A DNA stretch of 64,000 nucleotides from Octopus sinensis (Eukaryota): contig NC_042997.1 in assembly GCF_006345805.1 (NCBI RefSeq), forward strand, positions 16,740,001 to 16,804,000, written 5' to 3'. The position numbers and the translations under genes were made by a program. Of this stretch, positions 1 through 11,119 are shown one piece after another. Each line of letters starts with the position of its first letter. Positions within the stretch are counted from its first letter, which is position 1. The notes under the pieces are model-generated. The model had not been told where the DNA came from. It ran no database searches and saw nothing but the letters and a program-made list of their open reading frames with translations.

Positions 1-2479
1 ATTCATTGCTAAAAATTGTATTAATCTACATATTTTTTGCTTAATATTGTTTAAAAGCAGCCATGATGTCTAGGAAGTCAAATAGTCTGTTCTTAATGAT
101 AAAATAGTAGATATTAAAATAAAATAGTAGCAATAATATTAAGTTAGGTGGTTTCTGAGTTTGAAAATATTATTTTCTGAGGTACAACTGACTTCAAGTA
201 TATTACTGTTTTTAAAGATAGCATTTGAAATTTAAGATAAGAAATTAGTCTGAAATATTGATTTCTAATATAGGCATACATAAAGCCTTACATTTTGAGG
301 GGGCAGATATATTTGATTAGTACCCAGTATTGAATTGGTACTAGTTTTATCAACTCTAGTTCAGAGAAATTAATTATATAAACAGACATGCTTGCTGGTG
401 AAAATGGCTTTGTGAGTGAAGGTATAACTTGCTTTACTTGATAGGGGTTACTGCTAATGCTAATGGCTTTTCTTCTCATTATGAGCATAATTTCAATTTG
501 ATGAAACATTCTATTTAGTTCACTGTCATCATCATCATCACCATTTAACATCTATATTCCTATATTAAGACATTCCTATATTAAAACAAATTCCTAATGT
601 CTGTAAGTATTAGCTGAACTAGATTTTAATGAGGTGGTTGAATAAGACTGAAACATGTCTGTATTTGTTGCCATACTTGCCAAAAATCACACCCATTCCT
701 CTGCTGCATGCACCCGTTTAAGTTTTTAATCAATACAAATTTCAGAGTCCTCTCCTTCCTTTCTTGACAAGAGTTGTCATTAATGTTAAGGATTTTTTTC
801 TCACTAAGATATAATTTTAATTCATTAAATATTATTTTTTATTCTCTTCATTTGATATATTAGCCTGCACTTAACTAGATATAAGGATCAACCAATGCAT
901 TAAAGTTGATCTCAACTAACATTGTATTTAAGAAAAATATACTGGGGTGGGGTGGGTCATTTCTTGTTGCCTGTTCCAGTTTCAAAGGTGGACCATAAAT
1001 GAACATTATAAACAAATAAATATTTATTTATTATTGCCTTTGATTCTTACTGCATTTAGAGTTACTAACTTGTACCTATTTACAGAAAGCTGTACTGAGC
1101 TAACCAGAGTTATAAATTTTTGCTGTACAAAAATAAAGTAATGGCCATCACTTGTGACTAAAGATGATACCTATTTAATAGTGTGTCCCACATTAAACTC
1201 ATCATGCACTGAGGTTAATGTAGTATAAACTTTTATGTACAAACAATTACGTACACTCTACAATCAGAACCACTGAACATTCTTTAATGTTCTGTTATCT
1301 ATTCCAAACATCAGAAACCTATTCCAAATATCAGAATAAACTCAAACAGTGGCAACTTAAATGTTTTGAACAGAAACACAAGGTGCTAGTAGTACATTTG
1401 AACTCAGGGCTCATGAACAGAAATCCAATATCATTTCCACTTGCCCATCATCCTTTTACATCAGAGGTTCTTAGCAAGTGAGTATAGGAATCAAGGGCCA
1501 AGGCCAAGAGACTTGACTTATAGTATTGTTACAAATATGACAAAATCCCAATGATTTTGTTTTCAGTTCTGTTCTTTGTTACTGGTATCTAAAATAAAAC
1601 TAAGCTTTTGAAATGATACTGGTACCTAATAGGATTGCTAATAGTGATGATTTTGACAGCCTGGCAAAGGAGATGCAGAAATATATTGGAAAATCCTTTG
1701 TAGTCTAGAATCATAAAGCAGTTAAGAACTTTTGTTCTACATTACCATAATGCAGTGTTTGCAATGGGATGTAAAGCCATAAATCTTTTGACCAATTTTC
1801 TAATGCTGTATCAAGTTACCCTGCTGCAATTCTTAAACCTAAACAATACATTACAACTGGTAAGTAATTTTTTTAAAGATGAGGATAGCATCTTTCTTAA
1901 TTATTAGATTTTATCATAAATATTTCTTAAATTTATGGTATATTGAATTTGAACTCATTTTGATTATTAATATCATTATTACTTGCAATGTGGCTGCTGT
2001 CAAATCATCACTCTGTTGTGATTATGCACACAAGTAGAGTAACATAAATTACCAACATTGCCAAATTGATACTAATATGCATTCTATACAATAGATTTTG
2101 TTGAAGAAATAAAAGCTTGCAAATGTCTGAAATAATAAAAATTTGAAGAATTCTGCATAAAATGTATGTGAAGTTGGAAACTGGTTAGCAGCTGCCTTCA
2201 CTTGTACCACTCTCATGTCAGTGCTATTTTTAGTCTATTTTATGATTTCTTATACTTCTTGATAAATGTGATAGGAATTGAAAATATTAGTTTCCTTGTG
2301 TCCTTAATTCCATAGTTATTCCTAATAATCACCTGACAGTATTCCTAAGATTTAGACTGAAATAAAAACGTTTATGAAACTAATTTCAGGTTTTATAAAT
2401 CTTTAAAATAATTCAGAACAAGGCATTAACTTTGTTTCCACTCAAAGTTTCCCCAGTAAATAATATTCTGATTGTCATC

Positions 2480-2670
2480 ATGAAATTATTTTCAGAATTT
2501 GTTATTGTCTTCAGTATTTCTACAGAAAATTCTTAGAAGTTTTCTTAATTTTTGTTAAAAATGTTTTCAGAACATTATTTCAGAGAATTATTTTCAGTAA
2601 ATTATTTTAGAAAATTGTTTCAGCATCTATCTCCAGAATTTTGTTTCAGAAAGATTTTTTGATAATTATT
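2480..2670. repeat. Degenerate minisatellite of approximately 12-13 bp ATTATTTTCAGA-like units
   Basis: At least five TTTCAG-containing units in about 190 nt. Confidence 0.6.
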
Positions 2671-2816
2671 TTGCTGGTTACTAGCAGAAAACAATTTTTG
2701 TTTTAAACATTGCAAATATTGAAGAAACTAAAGATGATTGATTTCCTTTAAAAGAAATACTTAATTTGTTATACATATATATTTTTTTACTGAGAAACAA
2801 ACTTGTGAATAATTTA

Positions 2817-2874
2817 TCATTGATAATAACTGAAGATGTTAGATTTAACTCGAAACTAAATTGGTATCAATTGA
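2817..2874 (+). ncRNA. Decayed hammerhead-like motif
   Basis: cattgataataa-CTGAAGA-t-gtta/gatt/taac-tc-GAAAC-taaattg-GTA-tcaattga. Core words are in the right order with a small stem II; stem I is out of register. Confidence 0.35.
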
Positions 2875-3635
2875 AGTTAGATGAACAAAATAAAGATGAC
2901 AAGGAAGTTAGACAAAGGGAAATGTAATGAAAATAAGAAAGAGTAGAGCGAGGAAGAACAAAAGGAATTCAATAGAAGATAGAGGAAGTTTGTTTGATTT
3001 ATTTTTTATTTGTGTGAATATGTGTATATGTGTGTGTATATATACAGGTGTGTATGTGTGTATGTATACGCACACATACACACATTTGTATATAGTATTG
3101 AAAACTGCATTTTTAATAGTTTATTGTTGATTTATTTTAACAGATTTTACTTTTTCTTTGAACACTTCAATCTAAACAAACACTGTCCAATATTTTATGT
3201 ATGTTTTGACTGCTTTTTTGATTTTTAAAACTTGTTCAAAGTGATATACTGTTGACACCATTATATTCTTGTATGTATATCACTCTTTCCCATCTGTGTG
3301 TACCAGGCATAATAGCAAGATTTGAAAATGAATGGAACACTGGGTAAATGTTATTAAAATTTGAACTGTTAAACAGTATATGTATATATACATTTTACAT
3401 ATAATGAGAAGTGAAATCTGTCAGCAAACTGATAAAAATGCAGCATTGTTGCAATTACAATACTATACCACTTTGTAGAACTGTTTCTCATTTAAATGTT
3501 TTATATATACACACACACACATACACACACAATCATATATTTGTGTATGTTTGTATGTTTTTCTCTGAGTAAATGTGTTTAGAAGAAATAATGATAGAAA
3601 ATAGGTGAGAAAAAGAAGAGTGAAGAAATTTTTAC

Positions 3636-3749
3636 CTAGTTTTCGATATTCAATGGAGTAACCAATATGATCATTTGTCGGTGCCATCCAAGAGATATTC
3701 ACTGTTCTGGAGCCAACACCGGCAATATATACCTTTGGTTTGATAGGTT
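3636..3749 (-). CDS. Nrg: Neuroglian/L1-family exon D: first half of FN3 repeat 5 (Q|PIKPKVYIAGVGSRTVNISWMAPTNDHIGYSIEYRKL|G)
   Basis: Acceptor tcttatcttgctacag| and donor G|gtaaaa; 114 nt, phase 1-1; in frame with exon C (C|AA). FN3 B-strand NISW and C-strand Y.IEYR..G. That it belongs to the same gene across a 28 kb intron is inferred from phase and domain order. Confidence 0.8.
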
Positions 3750-4634
3750 CTGTAGCAAGATAAGACTACAAACTTCACTTGGTTTGTTATAGAATTTGTC
3801 TAGACATCACCTGTTATTTTACGCATAACCAGAGAAGGGAGGGGGCAGGAATTATTGGATAATATTTCTTTTGTATTACGAATAATTGCTGTTGTATGTT
3901 TTTTTTTCTTTCAGTGAAACAGTTCATTGGTAGCTGTTAAATCTAAGTGCAAAATATACTGGATAACAAACATTTTCTCATTTGAAATGAAAATAATTTG
4001 AGAGCAAAATATATTTTTTCCATTGAGAAAAGAAAGCTGTGAGGTGCCTGTAATGTAAATAGTTGCCCATTTTACCAGTAAATGAGTGGTTCAAATCTCA
4101 CTTGTGGAGTCATTATTTTTTTCACTCAGATTGTTCTTCAGAAATGTATAATATGTAATATTGTCCCATACACACATGCATTCTTCTTTGCTTTTCTCTT
4201 TCTCTCTTATAAAGATGCAAATCGATGTTTAGACATTCACTTGCTTATATATACACACAATAACTGCTATTTCTTAGGATTCATTTCTGATGCTTCATTA
4301 TACATGCCTTATATGATACACTCATTGTTTATAAGACAAAAGGTAGGAGAAACCTTTTATTGTACGTATATTTACAAGCATAGACACATAGCAGCATACA
4401 CACAGACTTGTCCATAAATTCAAAATGATGACTGCACAAAATCTTTATTTCAAAGGTTGCTGTGGTTTGAGTCAGATGATCAATTGCATTTTTAATCCTA
4501 AAATTCACATTATATCATAAAGTACCCATGTTATCATTGATTTGTTTGGTAAGTCAGGATATGCATGCATTACTTGTAGGACAAACAATGCCTTAACATA
4601 TGCAAAACTATCAACACACACACACTCACACACA

Positions 4635-5030
4635 TGGAGGCTAAGTGGCTGAGTTCCCTTCAAGCATTGGGCCTCATGGGGGTAAAGTGACTAAGTTCCT
4701 TTTGAGCATTGAACCTCATGGAGGCAAAGTGGCTGAGTTCCTTTCAAGTGTTGGGCCTCACAGAGGCAATGACGTTGGCATTATGTCATGCTTGAGAAGA
4801 CCCATCAAGCCAAGCAAAATCACAGTTGTGGCTGATACTGGTGTTACGCAAATAGCACCCATGCCAGTGGCATGTGAAAGTGCCCATTACACTTCCAGAG
4901 TGGTTGGCGTTAGGAAGAGCATCCAGTCAAATCAGACTGGAGTCTGGTGCAGCCTTCCAGCATGTCAGCCCTGGCCAAACCATCCAATCCATGCCAGCAT
5001 GGACAATGGACATTAAATGATGATGATGAT
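4635..5030 (+). mobile_element. SINE family B with (GAT)n tail; 5' region has three copies of an approximately 43-bp unit
   Basis: Ends ccatgccagcatggacaatggacattaaatgatgatgat. The tail type suggests RTE-partnered mobilisation (inference). Confidence 0.75.
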
Positions 5031-5261
5031 GATATATACATATATAGATATCTTTAGCAGATCATAAATCCAAAAGAGCAGTAGAGTACATAAATAAAGA
5101 CAGATATGGCTGGTCTATGAGGTTTCTCATCCATAAAATGCTTGGTTTTAGGGTCTGAAAAAATACTGTAAATCTAAGAACTTTATGGATGTGAAACTCA
5201 GGGTAACTCCATAGACTGGCCATATCTATCTTTATATATATATAGATATATATATATAGCA

Positions 5262-5545
5262 TCATCATCATCATCATCATTGTTTAATGTCCATTTTCCA
5301 TGCTGGCATGGATTGGATGGTTAGACAGAGGTTTGGATAGCCAGCAGCTGCACCAGGCTCCAATCTGATCTGGCAATGTTTCTACAGTTAAATGCCCTTC
5401 CTAATGCCAACCACTCTGAGAGTGTAGTGGGTGCTTTTCATGTACCACTGGCACAGGAGCCAGTCAGGCGGCCCTGGCATCGATCATGTTCAGATGATGC
5501 TTTTTACATGCCACTGGCATGGAAGCCAATTAGGTGGTCCTGGCA
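5262..5545 (-). mobile_element. SINE family B copy, inverted relative to 4635-5030
   Basis: Begins on the + strand with (CAT)n-tgtttaatgtccattttccatgctggcatgg. Confidence 0.75.
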
Positions 5546-6019
5546 TGTATATATATACATATATATGCATACACACACATACACTCTCTCTCTCACATAC
5601 ACACATATCATTTCCATATGTCTATGTTGCAGTGAAAACCTTTATAGAATGAGGTAGAGCAACACAATATTAAGTATTAATAGAGATAAGTCTTTCATGA
5701 AGTTTTGACAGCAATCACATTCTTTTAAATAATATAATTTTGAAGATACAATGAGAAAATTTATATTATTACAGAAATTGAGAATAAATCAGAACATATT
5801 CAAAATTTTAAATTATAAGAAAATAGGAAAAACTATATATTTAGAATTGAAATAGTTATCATTTTTATGCCATCAGTATACTAGTATTTCTTAAAGTAGA
5901 CATGGACAATAAACAATTACTAATTTTACAAATGATAAGCTTCACAATCTCTGTGACTGTGCATGGTGACCACAAATTTATAACATACCCAAAATAGAAT
6001 TCCAATGACTAGGCTTCCT

Positions 6020-6620
6020 TTTCAGGTCCAGAAACTACTTCAGTTTTGAATAGTTTCTGACCCTCACTCTATGGCATAAGTGCAAACTACTGTTTCCATA
6101 CATGGTATGAAACAGCTGTTTCCTCTTCCTCTCTCTCTCTCTCTCTCTCTCTCTCCACACACCCTTCCTCTCTCCCTTTTTCTTCTACAAACATTCAAGA
6201 TACATAAAAAGAAAAACAAAACACCCCTCCAAAATGAAAATCGTCCACCAAATTAGCCAACTTCCACCCACTGATACATTACCATTTCCAAAGAACTTGC
6301 TGCCTCTCTTTATCTTGTACTGTATTGCTCCTCTGAACGAACTAACTATAAACTACCCCTGTCCTGTTCCAGTCAATGCATCCCTCTATTTCCTGTTCAC
6401 CAGTACTACTGCATCTCACTTGTCAATCATGCATCAAACACTTATTTCATTCCTTCCTTTCAGACCAGCAGTACAATTCTAAAGAACTTGCTTCTTGTCT
6501 GTTTTGTATTAAAACTGAAACCTGCATAATCTCAAGCTGAACAATATCAACGTTGATAGGCCTTTCACTTCCTAGGAAGGACAGTAAAACGTGTGGACAC
6601 TGCTCCTTTCCCTTGGATTA
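6020..6620 (+). mobile_element. Old dispersed repeat, probably a decayed Penelope-like 3' end
   Basis: Aligns by eye with 13992-14420 (ttcagg.ccagaaactacttc....tgaa.agtttctgac). Has PV.A...SHLSIM and NINVDRPFTS* followed by a hammerhead-like relic (cctaggaagg..aaaacgtgt). Confidence 0.35.
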
Positions 6621-7317
6621 AAAAAAACAAAAAACAAAAAAACCCAACTGATAAAACACTACAATTTCTGCCAACTACCTTAGTTATAATTCCTTCTTCA
6701 TTTTTGTGCTTGTTTTACCAAGCTAGTATGAGTTAGACAAATATATTATTGAGGTATTGTTTTATAGCCAGATGCCATTTTTGACACTAATGCTTACAAG
6801 CTTTTCAAGTTAGGGATCTCTTATTCCATGTGTCTTTAAAGGCTCAAAGCCAGTGAATAACCCACTGACGGGAAGTGACAGTATAAACACCTGTTGCTGA
6901 GCTATTTTCAAAGAAGCGCAAATGTCAATGAACAAATGTATGCATGAGTGTGTGCATGCACCACACACACACACACACACATGATGGGATTCTTTTAGCT
7001 TCTAACTTTCAAATTTATTCACAATGCATTATTCAATCTGGGGCCTATAGTAGAAAATATTTCTTGACTGAGATGCTTTACAGTTTGATTGAACTTAAAA
7101 ACCATTGTCATGCCTGCACTTCACCTCAGCAATATATAGTGATGGAGGATATATCAGCTTCAAAACAGTAATTCTGTCTGTTAGAAATAGCTGCCAAATT
7201 CCCATCAAATCATACTCTCATATGTTAAATAAAGAAAAGTGTTTGTCTGAAGTAAAACTGGCTACAATATCTGTAATTATAGCTCAAAACTGATCTAAGG
7301 TAGCAGCTGCAGAACTA

Positions 7318-7545
7318 ATAATAATAATCCTTTCTACTAAAGTCACAAAGCCTGAAATTTTGGAGTGGGGGCTAGTTGATTACATCAACTACAGTACATA
7401 ACTGGTACCTATTTCATCGACCCTGAAAGGATGAAAGGCAGAGTCTACCTTGGCAGAGTTTGAACTCAAAATGTGAAGATGGATGAAATGCCTCCAAACA
7501 TTTTACCCAGTGTGCTAATGATTCTGCCCACTTGCCACATTAATA
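7318..7545 (-). mobile_element. tRNA-derived SINE family C with (ATT)n tail
   Basis: aataataataatcctttctact...cgaccctgaaaggatgaaaggc...tttgaactc (B-box-like on the minus strand). Fragment also near 37330-37400. Confidence 0.6.
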
Positions 7546-8379
7546 CTACTACTAGGGACCTTTTGAGTGGATGGGCTACTGAAGAAAATTCTAATTAGGC
7601 CTTACCTGTGAGGTCGTGTGTTGTTTATCTTAATATGAGATCACCATGTTGGGCACATATGGTTGTGATGCATGTGCCTGGTGCACCCTTATCAGATGAG
7701 AAGTCATGATGGGTATATTTGTGCCCCAGTGTCACTTTGATGGCATGCGCTGCTCTCTCACTCAATAATAATAATAATACCACTACCATGTGTGATAATG
7801 AATCCTCATTGGAGTTGTTCAACCTGTCTGATATGGCAGGCAAAGCATCCTCAAGTCACATTCCACTATCTTTGGATAACACATGGGATAAAATATACCT
7901 GATGAAAAAGATGGGATCATCATAGCAGAAGGACATTGAATATTTGTCTCTTTAAGCAAGGTTAACCCATAGATAACTTGCTGCTGCTGCTGCTACTACT
8001 GTTTTTACTTGTTTCGGTACTGGGCTGTGACCATGCTGGGGCACCAACTTGAAGGGTTTTACTCAATCAAAATGATGGCAATGAGTAGCCAACTTATTTT
8101 AAAATCTGGTCCATATTCTATCAGTTTCTTTTTGTTAGACAGCTAGATTATAGGAACACAAGCCATTGCCAGTTGTCATATAGTAAGAAACAGACACAAA
8201 ATCAAAGATGCATGCACACACACACACACACGCACGCACTCCTTACCTATAAAATAGGTAAGGGTTGGCAATAGAATGAACATCTAGTCATAAAAATTCT
8301 GCCTCAATTCTTCTCCTTTAAGCCATTATTAGCATGAAGAAAAACAGGTGCTAAAACAAAACAAACAAATGAATGATAT

Positions 8380-8540
8380 ATATATTAAGGACTCATGTGC
8401 TATTTCCATCGATTAAATTCATTCACAAACAATTGGTTGGCCCTGGGGTATAGTAGAAGGCACTTGCATAAGATGCTGTGAGTGGGAGTGAACCTGAAAC
8501 CATGTGGTTGCAAAGCAAACTTCTTAACCAAATAGCTTTA
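8380..8540 (-). mobile_element. SINE family A, 5' part
   Basis: tatagtagaaggcacttgc...gaacctgaaaccatgtggttgcaaagc is the reverse complement of the family A head. Confidence 0.65.
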
Positions 8541-9136
8541 TCTGTGCTGACTATAGTTTCTCAACACTAAAAGAAATATTTCTAAGTATTTGTAGAATTT
8601 TCCTTTAAGAATATGTTAGCTGAATATTTCTTTCTAAGTATGTGAGAAAAACTAGATATATCTATTTATTTATGTGTGTATATTCATGTGTGTGTATTGT
8701 GGATATTTATATTTATTCATATTTGTGTATATGTTGGTGAGTCTGTGTATCAATGGAATATATTCACTTTTATTTATATTTATGTTGTATGTTTATGTCT
8801 ATAAGTCAGTTCATCCCTGTGTGTGTATTTATATATCTATATATGAATGCATATCAGCAATTAGGCAAGGTTTTGTATGCTAATGCGTGTATGGATAGTT
8901 GTACGTTTATAAAAAGATGTGCACACGCACCCAAACAGTTGTGTGTAAATGTATAATTCAGTGTTTATGTTCAAACAGTGTTATGATCAGTATACAATGG
9001 AAGAGTCTATCTTTGTGTCACTAAAAGTTCAATTGTGATCCAGGTACAAATTGTTTGACATCTTATCATCTCTTTGTTTTACCTCTAAATAGGTGTATAT
9101 ATATACAACCATAACTGTCAACAATATTCACTCACA

Positions 9137-9177
<41 letters not shown>

Positions 9178-10659
9178 GTCTTTGTCAGTATATTATGTAA
9201 AATATTATTGGATACATATGTCTCTTCCTCTCCTTCTCTTTGCACACACACACACACACACATGCATAGAACCATGTAGGTGTATAATGATAACACAAAT
9301 ACTTAGTAAAAATAATAGAGTATATGCATATTTTGAAGTTTATGCTCACACACACGATAGTTTATGTATTCTTGTATGCAAGCATGCACACATGTATATA
9401 GTTGTGCAAACATACAAGAGTACATGCTAACACACACACACATGTCCTCAAAACTATATGCTAAAACACACACACATACATACACACTCATATAAATTAC
9501 TCAAGTTAGAATGCTTACAGGCTTACAATGTGAGCATATAAATGCATTACTGTTATATACACATACATACATATATATACATAACACACATGTAATTACT
9601 TCAATTCATTCTCTCCTCCCAAACTATTAGCTTTTGGCAGAAAATTACTGCCAACATGTGTTTTAAGTGGAACATCTAAACTAACCATCTCTCTGATAAA
9701 TACCTACTCTAATGAAGACAACTGTCTTGAAATCGTGACAAATCTAGCAGGAATTTCTGAAATATTGCAGAAAGTAACAATATTGGATGAAAAATATTAT
9801 CTTTTGTTATTGTTGATGTTGTTGTGGTTTGCTGTTTTATTATTAACATGTTATTTTATTTCTTGGTGTTCAAATTGTGATAAAAATCTAAGTGAGATAT
9901 TATTGTGAAACATCGCTTAGAGTAAAAGTAGTTTGTGAAAATATTGTGTGTTTATCATTAGCGAACACTGTAAAGGAAAGACGCATGCTTACATGCCTAT
10001 AACTTGTAGATGAGCAATTGCTTGAGTAGTATGCTTTTCCCAGCTTTCAAACTCATCTTTTAATGTTATCATTTTGTACTCTTGTTTTTGTTCACTCAGT
10101 CATTGAATGTCTACTTTTCCATGTTATCATGGGTTGGACAGGAATTGCTTTTGAGGCAAAGTTATAAAGTTGGGTTCTATTTCTTGACACCACTCAAATG
10201 GTAACAAAATATTAACATTCACACACACACACACACACATTATCAATTATATATAAAAACTTTGACTAAGTTTCAATTCAAATATTATTTGTAACACAAC
10301 TATAGATTACAAACTTTATTTGTAACCTATAGTTGTGGAGTAGTACATTGGTTACCTTGTTAAAGGTAACTATTCAAAACTATGTGTTGAATTAAGACCA
10401 AAGAATATGTTTATACATTGAGATAGGTAATAAATTACCTGATGGTAATCAAGGGATTAACCAAGAAATGTACAAGACCTTAATTGTCTAAAGAACCAAA
10501 ATTATTGAAGTGCTAAGTTTAGTTTGCACTTCACTTTCACTTCTCTTGTGCCTCTAATTCTCCTGATTTTGTCCTTTCAACTTACTTCACATTTACTTTC
10601 ACCAAGAGATTTTAAAGCTGAATATCTATAGATAGCTATGTTTGCTAAGTGTAGTGTAT

Positions 10660-11119
10660 GTGTGAAATTCTAATTGGTAAAAGGTAAGGTAGATTATGAA
10701 ACAGAAAGATGTTATGAAGCAGCCTTTTGACACATGAGTTCTACTCATGTGTCAAAGTATAAAAGTGATATTGTCTGTAAAAGTTAGAAATAGGATACAC
10801 AAAAAATCAATATTCAAAGTAACTGAAGATAAACAATGAAATGGGTTATTTCCCTTGAGTGTTTTAAAAAATATTGTACAGGTGCTATGGGTTATTTCCC
10901 TTGGGTGTTTAAAAAAATTAGTTATATGAGGTAGATATAAAGGTCCCTTCCAGGGGCCGTATTATCAATTTTTTCAACAATCTAAGTATGTCACAAGGTT
11001 TCCAGACATGAGTTGTAGTCATGTGTCAAGTTTCATCAAAATCAATAAACTGATGTAGGAGAAGTTAGCTAACAACACCACAAACAAACACACACCGATT
11101 TTCCACATATGTAGTAGAT
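10660..11119 (+). mobile_element. Non-autonomous Helitron/Helentron-type (HINE/DINE-like) element
   Basis: 3' end 'aagtttcatcaaaatc...ggagaag...acaaacaaacacacac...gtagtagat' resembles this class. Internal 14-bp perfect hairpin at 10726-10756 with a degenerate second copy at 11002-11030. 5' boundary uncertain. Confidence 0.5.

Noticed and set aside
288-551. Minus-strand 87-aa ORF as a possible next neuroglian exon
   Set aside because: No FN3, transmembrane or cytoplasmic L1 motif; starts in a (CAT)n SINE tail remnant.
1815-1865. + strand donor-like CTG|GTAAGT suggesting a nested gene
   Set aside because: No convincing acceptor, coding frame or partner exons.
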